From: a virus
Lineage: Duplodnaviria; Caudoviricetes
Reading direction: 5' to 3' (one strand)
DNA length: 43,576 bases
Virus record (IMG/VR): IMGVR_UViG_3300037311_000448
Location: 1-43,576 of that record
Both the position numbers and the translations under genes were made by a program. The notes under the pieces were generated by a model. It did no database searches, was not told the origin of the DNA, and was given only the letters and a program-made list of their open reading frames with translations. Positions 38,093 through 43,576 of the stretch are shown here, in pieces; the stretch's first letter is position 1; each line of letters begins with the position of its first letter.

Positions 38093-39115
38093 TCACCATG
38101 GAAGAGCCTCAGCCTTAAAGCTGCTGGCGGCGTGGTTTTGGTTGTCGGCTGGCGGCGTGGGTGGTGGTGATACAATATATTTAGTGATTTTTTTATCCCA
38201 CGTCACACCTTGCATTTGTGCGGCTCGTGCATCGGCCAGCGCTTTAATCTGCAGCATAATTATCTTAGTCAAATTTTTTGTTCGTAATTCTGCAAGGTAA
38301 TAATTCAGATGCTCCGCCGTTTCGCAAGCGAAAATTTTTGCTCGGTACTCACCCACTTGGTCAATCGCCGCTTGCTGAGTTTTTGTCACCGCGCCCAGCG
38401 CGGTTTTCATTGTTGCAATCACGCCAGCAAAAAACGCTGGTTCTACGGCAAAGTCGGGAATTTTCAACACAGGAAAATTTGCGCTGTTTTTCCCCACGCG
38501 GCGGTCGTCGGGGCTAAAATTCAGCGTCCGATTACTGCCTGTCATGTACTGCCGTCCCACAAAGTCCGCAACCTTGAAAATCTCTGCATACGAGCTGCCC
38601 GACACATCAGGCCGCACTTTGGTTGTGTCGCCATCCTCTTTTTCGCGCTCGTGGGCAACCATCACGACATCTTTACCTAAAAACTGAAGTTGTTTGATGA
38701 ATTTCGCAAAAATGAATTTCAGTTCGCCCCAGCCCAGTATTGTCGGATTGCCATTTTTGACAAATTTGGGCGATAAATCGCCTATATATTGAATAATATA
38801 ATCTATACAGCGACCCAAGGTATCAATAACAATAGTGTCATATTCAGCAAACTCGTTTTTAATGCGCTCCCAATGCAACTTTCTTTCCTCCTCGTTATCG
38901 CCACTTTGGTAGAATGTCCGTTGAATCTCATTCCAATCACTCATTTGTAAAACATCACAACGGAATGCGCTACGATGCGCGCCTTTGTCAAAGTCAAGAA
39001 TGAGTGCGTTTTTGGCGGTGCAAGCGGTCGAGGTTTTGCCGCTCCCTGGCTCGCCGTAGATGACGATGGAAATTTGATTCACCGCAATCGGTTCATTTGC
39101 TCGAATGATAGGCAT
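38093..39115 (-). CDS. AAA_24 / Sak4-like ATPase recombinase
   Basis: IYGEPGSGKTS, LDFDKG, TIVIDT, VAHE and ADFVG motifs. Confidence 0.88.
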   Translation of the reverse strand: MPIIRANEPIAVNQISIVIYGEPGSGKTSTACTAKNALILDFDKGAHRSAFRCDVLQMSDWNEIQRTFYQSGDNEEERKLHWERIKNEFAEYDTIVIDTLGRCIDYIIQYIGDLSPKFVKNGNPTILGWGELKFIFAKFIKQLQFLGKDVVMVAHEREKEDGDTTKVRPDVSGSSYAEIFKVADFVGRQYMTGSNRTLNFSPDDRRVGKNSANFPVLKIPDFAVEPAFFAGVIATMKTALGAVTKTQQAAIDQVGEYRAKIFACETAEHLNYYLAELRTKNLTKIIMLQIKALADARAAQMQGVTWDKKITKYIVSPPPTPPADNQNHAASSFKAEALPW

Positions 39116-39143
39116 AGCTTTGTGTAGAATAGATGTGAGTAAA

Positions 39144-39407
39144 TTAGTGAATGGTCGCTTGTTCAAGCTGTGCCGCGACGTAAGCGTGACGCTGGTACAC
39201 ACGGTACAAATGCCACACGGCGGCCTCGTGTTCGTCGCCGTCGCGTTCTGTCCAGTAATCAATAGCAAATTGTAGCTCCCGTGCTGTTCTCTCCAACGTA
39301 GCAAGTTCTGTCTGTAGTTGTGCGATTGTTTGTTTCACTCGTGGGCGAAGAAACACAGGTCGTGCTTGCGCGGATGCCGCAATTGTCGTATCTTTATGCT
39401 GACTCAT
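39144..39407 (-). CDS. hypothetical protein
   Basis: 87 aa from MSQHKD. Confidence 0.7.
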   Translation of the reverse strand: MSQHKDTTIAASAQARPVFLRPRVKQTIAQLQTELATLERTARELQFAIDYWTERDGDEHEAAVWHLYRVYQRHAYVAAQLEQATIH

Positions 39408-39435
39408 TTTGTTACTCCAAAATGGGTTGTAAAAA

Positions 39436-39470
39436 ATGCTCGTCGCACCTACGACGGGCGTTTGTTTTTT
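39436..39470 (+). terminator. terminator-like hairpin, better paired on the plus (antisense) strand
   Basis: ATGCTCGTCG-caccta-CGACGGGCGT-TTGTTTTTT. Confidence 0.55.
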
Positions 39471-39471
39471 G

Positions 39472-39521
39472 TGCAGGTGGCGGGAACTTGAACCCGCCAG
39501 TACGCCTACGTGCCTGCCTGC
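39472..39521 (-). ncRNA. tRNA-like T-arm/acceptor element
   Basis: GCAGG...TGGCGGG-TTCAAGTT-CCCGCCA-CCTGCA. Confidence 0.45.
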
Positions 39522-39561
39522 CATCCCCTTTTCATTTCCTCACACTATTCCAGATTTCGTG

Positions 39562-39675
39562 TTAGTGCCGTGTGTTTAATCGGCGTTGGCGTTTCCAATC
39601 GTGCCACTGAACAATACATTCGCGCCAAAGCCAGCGAGCTAAAAAGCAAAACAGTATCAGTGCAACAACATTCAT
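39562..39675 (-). CDS. small membrane peptide
   Basis: 37 aa MNVVALILFCFLARWLW...; ATGA overlap. Confidence 0.55.
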   Translation of the reverse strand: MNVVALILFCFLARWLWRECIVQWHDWKRQRRLNTRH

Positions 39676-39887
39676 AGTATAGCCTTCATTATTACTAAAC
39701 CATGCGACAATGCATAGACTGACATACTGAGTGCGTCCCGCATAGCCTGAACTCTCCCCACGCGGCGGTAAAACAACACCGTCTGCGTGTCGAGGCAGCA
39801 TAGCCGCTCGTAGTAGCGCACAATTCCATCTTTACACGTGCGGATTTCGAGCAGCAAGGTGCGGCGGGGTTTGCGGTGGCGGTTCAT
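39672..39887 (-). CDS. hypothetical protein
   Basis: 71 aa; ATGA overlaps at both ends. Confidence 0.6.
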   Translation of the reverse strand: MNRHRKPRRTLLLEIRTCKDGIVRYYERLCCLDTQTVLFYRRVGRVQAMRDALSMSVYALSHGLVIMKAIL

Positions 39888-40219
39888 GCTCGCGCTCCTT
39901 TGCGTTGCATCAAGTACGTTGCCGCTTGTGTGTCAAGGTCCTCGTTTGTTTTCCGATTGTGCTGCTTTGCCCACTCGTCAAGCTCAGATTTCCGAAACTT
40001 CAACGTGCCGATTTTTGTGTGCGGTATCTCGCCCCGCTCGCATTTTTTTCGCAGCGTTTTGACGCTGCATATCAGATACAGAGCAGCTTCTTTGCTGTTT
40101 AAGAAGCGGTCGGCAAACTCACGCTCAACGTGTTCACGCAGCACCTCGCGCAAAGTCTCGCGCACGAGCGGCAATAACATGTCGTCAGGGATTTCGATAT
40201 TGAGAACAACAGGTTGCAT
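39884..40219 (-). CDS. excisionase-family (HTH_17) DNA-binding protein
   Basis: FLNSKEAALYL..SVKTLRK...GEIPHTKIG.LKFRKSELDEW. Confidence 0.88.
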   Translation of the reverse strand: MQPVVLNIEIPDDMLLPLVRETLREVLREHVEREFADRFLNSKEAALYLICSVKTLRKKCERGEIPHTKIGTLKFRKSELDEWAKQHNRKTNEDLDTQAATYLMQRKGARA

Positions 40220-40381
40220 ACTCTTTTGATGTTAGCAGTGTTAAACAGAGAGATGATAAATAGAAGCCTTGTGTGGGATTTGTGAGTTTGGTAAAAAACC
40301 TCCAGCGTTCGTATCTTCTGTGTGCGACCACTGTCGTCAAGCCGCTCGGCGTAAAGCCCGTGTTAAAAAACCAGCACATTG

Positions 40382-40648
40382 TTATCGAGTTTCCAAATCA
40401 AGAGACACAGACAAAAGCAATGAATCTCTTGAAGCAGAAAGGTCTTTTGAAGTAACAAGGCTTGCCCCAATCTTTACAATGCCCGAATCAATAAAAGGCT
40501 GCAAAGCATCAAAAATCGGCTGTGTAGCCTTTTGTATTGCGTCGCCTACCGCGACAGTGTCAATCAGTAACTCGCCTTCTTTCTGATGCGTCGCTTCATC
40601 AGATATGATGTCGTCATAAATTGGCGCGATAACAACAAGAAATCTCAT
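40382..40648 (-). CDS. hypothetical protein
   Basis: 88 aa; ATGA overlap with the Cro-position gene. Confidence 0.6.
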   Translation of the reverse strand: MRFLVVIAPIYDDIISDEATHQKEGELLIDTVAVGDAIQKATQPIFDALQPFIDSGIVKIGASLVTSKDLSASRDSLLLSVSLDLETR

Positions 40649-40863
40649 GCCGCCACCTCGTCGGTTTCAGGTTCTTCTACCGCCTCGACAAGTGACCGAA
40701 TCACGTACTCGCCACGCTTTATTGCAAAGCCTAAGCGCAACAGTTCCTCTGCAGCCTCTTTTATCGTGCGCTTCCTTTCGTCACCTCGCAAAGTGTCAAT
40801 CATTTCGTATAGCTCTGTGGCTATGCCTATTGTGGTAATAGAAGATTTTTGTGTGCTTTCCAT
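40645..40863 (-). CDS. Cro-position small regulator (ribbon-helix-helix-like)
   Basis: First gene divergent from the repressor; TTIGIATELYEMI...TIKEAAEELLRLG. Confidence 0.65.
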   Translation of the reverse strand: MESTQKSSITTIGIATELYEMIDTLRGDERKRTIKEAAEELLRLGFAIKRGEYVIRSLVEAVEEPETDEVAA

Positions 40864-40873
40864 TATTTTTTCC

Positions 40874-40964
40874 TTGACTTGTAATAACTTTTTTCTAAAT
40901 TGATTTATTCAATGATTGAATAATCCATTGATTCAAAAATACAACATTTATTGAATAAAAGCAA
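40874..40964. promoter_or_regulatory. immunity switch: divergent promoters and operators
   Basis: Perfect inverted repeat TTATTCAAT-G-ATTGAATAA (40905-40923); half-site at 40950-40958; leftward TTGC...TATTTTTG (40964-40934); rightward TTGACT...TAAATT. Confidence 0.7.
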
Positions 40965-40999
40965 GAAAAAATTACACGTTTGTTAAATTTTTTCTCAGC

Positions 41000-41371
41000 A
41001 TGGATACTAAAGGCGAGCGATTACGCCACTTTGCCAAATTTTTAAGTGGAACCTTGGCTGCATTTGCAGAGGAATTGGGCATTGCACCAAGTCAGCTGCA
41101 AAATCACATTACAGGAAATCGCTTTCCTAAAGATGATATGTTGGAAAAAATTGCCGCGTTAGGGTGCAACATTCACTGGCTTCTCACTGGCGAAGGCTTG
41201 ATGTTTGCGGATAATGAGGCTGGACGGGCACTGCAGGCAAGACAAAAGGGGAGCAATGTTACGCCGATTCGTTCGGGTGGGATAGAGAATTTGCAGGTGA
41301 TACAGTCGGATGATATAGCCGCCGTCAAGCGGTTTTTAGAGAAAATAGAACAGGCAAAAAAGCATTCGTAA
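41000..41371 (+). CDS. CI-like XRE HTH repressor without peptidase domain
   Basis: GERLRHF...FAEELGIAPSQLQNHITGNRFP...NIHWLLTGEG.M. Confidence 0.9.
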   Translation: MDTKGERLRHFAKFLSGTLAAFAEELGIAPSQLQNHITGNRFPKDDMLEKIAALGCNIHWLLTGEGLMFADNEAGRALQARQKGSNVTPIRSGGIENLQVIQSDDIAAVKRFLEKIEQAKKHS

Positions 41372-41391
41372 TTTTATTTTGAACTGAGTGT

Positions 41392-41829
41392 ATGCTCCTT
41401 CGTTTTGAGCCAGAAAAAATCCGAATTGCGGGCTTTGTGCCGTGTGGCAAACCCGCTCCTATGTTTGAAGAATCCGACGGCGAGAGCCTTGCAGCGTTTT
41501 TTCGCCTTAACCCAAGGGCGACTTTTTGGTATGTTGTTCGAGGCGAGAGCATGGCCAATGCTGGATACCATGATGGCAACGTTGCTATTGTAGATTGCGA
41601 CCTTGACCCCAGCGACGGCGACATCGTGCTAGCCAGCATCAACGGTGAATTAACTATTAAACGGTTAAAACTGCGCGTCACGCGCCGTGTTGAACAGTTC
41701 ACCTACCAAGCGGTTGAAGCATTTGTGCCAGAAAATCCGCATTATCCTATCATTTATCCGCGGGAATTTGATGAAGTGACAGTCTACGGCGTTGTGGTAG
41801 GCGGAATGTGGAAGGGAAAGCGAAAATGA
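41392..41829 (+). CDS. stand-alone S24 peptidase (UmuD/LexA-like)
   Basis: VPCG cleavage site, VRGESM catalytic Ser, TIKRL catalytic Lys, PENPHYP, YGVV. Confidence 0.9.
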   Translation: MLLRFEPEKIRIAGFVPCGKPAPMFEESDGESLAAFFRLNPRATFWYVVRGESMANAGYHDGNVAIVDCDLDPSDGDIVLASINGELTIKRLKLRVTRRVEQFTYQAVEAFVPENPHYPIIYPREFDEVTVYGVVVGGMWKGKRK

Positions 41830-42410
41830 ATAAGCAGGCATTGTTCACAACATTGGTTTTGTGCGTTGTATCGTTTTGCTATCCCTGCAATATGATTGCT
41901 CAATTTGCACTTGCAGATTGCGATGGAATATATTTGGAAGGCGATACGCTTTCATGGGCAATAAAAAGCACAGAGTTTGCCAAAGCTGCACAAAAGTATT
42001 TTACAAAAATAGAAACCGACTCATCGTCAATGTTTTCAATAAGTTACTCAGCCTTTAAGAGTGACAAGCAGGGTAATATAAATGCTTATCACTTTTTTTT
42101 TAACAAAGAAACAAAAGAACTTCGGTGGTATACGTTTAGCCAGCACCAGCGGATTAAGTCGTTAAAAAAATTGAACGAAGAAATTTACACTCAAAACCGT
42201 GACGTGTTATCGTACTTTCAGGTTCGTGCTATTGATTCACCGACAAAAACGCAAAATGATTCATCGCTAACATACACTTTTGTCTTGCGGTGCGTTCGTA
42301 CCGAAAAACCACTTTTTGTTTCTGTAGAACAAACAGCAGAGCTTGATAAAATGAAGCACGGAACATTTGTCACGCGAAACATTACAATTTCAACTGTTAA
42401 TTTTGACTGA
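41826..42410 (+). CDS. exported hypothetical protein
   Basis: Signal-peptide-like MNKQALFTTLVLCVVSFC; ATGA overlap; AT-rich. Confidence 0.7.
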   Translation: MNKQALFTTLVLCVVSFCYPCNMIAQFALADCDGIYLEGDTLSWAIKSTEFAKAAQKYFTKIETDSSSMFSISYSAFKSDKQGNINAYHFFFNKETKELRWYTFSQHQRIKSLKKLNEEIYTQNRDVLSYFQVRAIDSPTKTQNDSSLTYTFVLRCVRTEKPLFVSVEQTAELDKMKHGTFVTRNITISTVNFD

Positions 42411-42460
42411 ATATGAAAATCGGTGTTGTGCAGGGAAACGTGGATTTCTGGAGGTAAAAA

Positions 42461-43576
42461 ATGGAGGCGAATCATTACGAAGTTGCGCTGGACAAAATAA
42501 TTCATCATGTTTCGCAGCAGTACCAACTGTGCCGCACCGAAGAAGCCACAAAAACCGCTCTTATTCTACCGTTTTTGTACTACGTGTTGGGGTACGACGT
42601 GTGGAATGCACAAGAGGTTGTGCCTGAGTTTGTGGCAGATGTTGGCATAAAAAAAGGCGAGCGCGTAGATTATGCAATATTTCAAAATGGTATCCCTGTT
42701 ATTTTGTTTGAGTGTAAACCCGTTGGTGCGTCGCTGGCAGCAGAACACGCCACGCAGCTTTTGCGATACTTCAACACGACTCCCCAAGCAAAAATTGGCA
42801 TTTTGACGGATGGCGTTCGGTATCGTTTTTTTACTGATACAGAAGCACCGAATATGATGGATGCCATGCCGTTTTTTGAGTTTAGCCTTCTCAATTTTGA
42901 TAAACCGTCTATGCTTGACGAACTTCGCAATTTCACAAAAAGCGTTTTTAATCCCGACGACATCACTAAAATTGCTGTTCAGTTAAAATACGCTGAGCAA
43001 ATACGGGCGTATTTGTCTATGCAAGTAACAAACCCGTCCGACGAATTTGTAAAATTTATGGCACTTATGACAAAAACAAAACTCACCACAAAAAACGCCG
43101 AGCAGTTTCGCAGCGTTGTACGGCGCGGTGTGGAAAATACGATTGCAACGAAGGCGCGTGAAGTGGCGAAGATGTTTGAAATTGCAAAAGCAAACGGCAT
43201 ACCCGAAAGTGCTGTTGCAGAGGGCGCAGGGCAAGATGCGGTCATACAAAGCAAAAACATCGTCACAACAGCAGATGAGTTAGAAGCCTACTACATCATA
43301 AAGTCTATCCTGCGCGAACACGTACTTCCAGAACGGGTAACATACCGAGATTTAGTGAATTACTTCGACGTGAACATTGACAACAACCCAAGAAAGCTCA
43401 TTGCGCGAATGTATTTCAACAAAGAGCCAAAAGTTGTGGGAGTAGTCACAGCGACGGGCGAGGTAAAAACAGAATTACAATCGTTGCAAGACCTCTACAA
43501 ACACGTTGATAATTATCTTTACGCTTTGAACGTGTACGAGCAGAAGTTTCAAGTGCAGCGAGCAATGGAGGAGTAA
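42461..43576 (+). CDS. HsdR N-terminal (type I restriction R subunit N-like) nuclease-domain protein
   Basis: TEEATKTALILPFL..LGYDV, VVPEFVADVGIKKGERVDYAI, ECK, QLLRYF and ILTDG motifs. Confidence 0.88.
   Translation: MEANHYEVALDKIIHHVSQQYQLCRTEEATKTALILPFLYYVLGYDVWNAQEVVPEFVADVGIKKGERVDYAIFQNGIPVILFECKPVGASLAAEHATQLLRYFNTTPQAKIGILTDGVRYRFFTDTEAPNMMDAMPFFEFSLLNFDKPSMLDELRNFTKSVFNPDDITKIAVQLKYAEQIRAYLSMQVTNPSDEFVKFMALMTKTKLTTKNAEQFRSVVRRGVENTIATKAREVAKMFEIAKANGIPESAVAEGAGQDAVIQSKNIVTTADELEAYYIIKSILREHVLPERVTYRDLVNYFDVNIDNNPRKLIARMYFNKEPKVVGVVTATGEVKTELQSLQDLYKHVDNYLYALNVYEQKFQVQRAMEE

Larger units (their letters stand above)
1..43576. mobile_element. temperate siphovirus-like phage/prophage, nearly complete; integrase not in window
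   Basis: Ordered immunity, recombination, replication, lysis, packaging, HK97 head and long-tail modules; no host housekeeping genes. Confidence 0.95.

Noticed and set aside
40269-40586. Plus-strand ORF with CGIC...CDHC zinc-ribbon pattern
   Set aside because: TTG start, antisense to a translationally coupled early gene, no other support
41356-41392. A_AAA_AAG at the repressor 3' end, with the S24 gene in the -1 frame, suggesting a frameshift fusion into full CI
   Set aside because: The -1 frame meets TGA at 41380-41382 before the S24 start, so fusion would also need readthrough

Overview
The window is a nearly complete temperate siphovirus-type (pro)phage. Almost all genes lie on the minus strand. 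Reading right to left they are: early regulators and recombination genes (Cro-like, Xis-like, Sak4/AAA_24, PD-(D/E)xK nuclease); replication genes (intein-containing SF2 helicase, initiator with iterons and a 327-bp duplication, T7/Twinkle-type primase-helicase); a DnaA-domain-IV mini-protein and a late promoter; a block of fibre/lectin, nuclease, SiaC-like and lysis genes; terminase; portal-gpF fusion; HK97 protease and capsid; neck; tail tube; frameshifted tail chaperones; tape measure; and tail tip. On the plus strand are a two-gene moron at the left end and the immunity region at the right end (HTH repressor, separate UmuD-like S24 peptidase, exported protein, HsdR_N protein). No integrase is visible. 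TAnnTTTG promoter boxes and A-rich starts lacking Shine-Dalgarno sequences suggest a Bacteroidota/FCB-group host (inference). The most unusual items are an orphan phage SiaC (DUF1987) coupled to the endolysin; a candidate late switch made of a DnaA-IV protein, DnaA boxes and a two-state RNA leader; two anticodon-less tRNA-like elements; and a split repressor. All protein calls come from motif recognition, not database searches.
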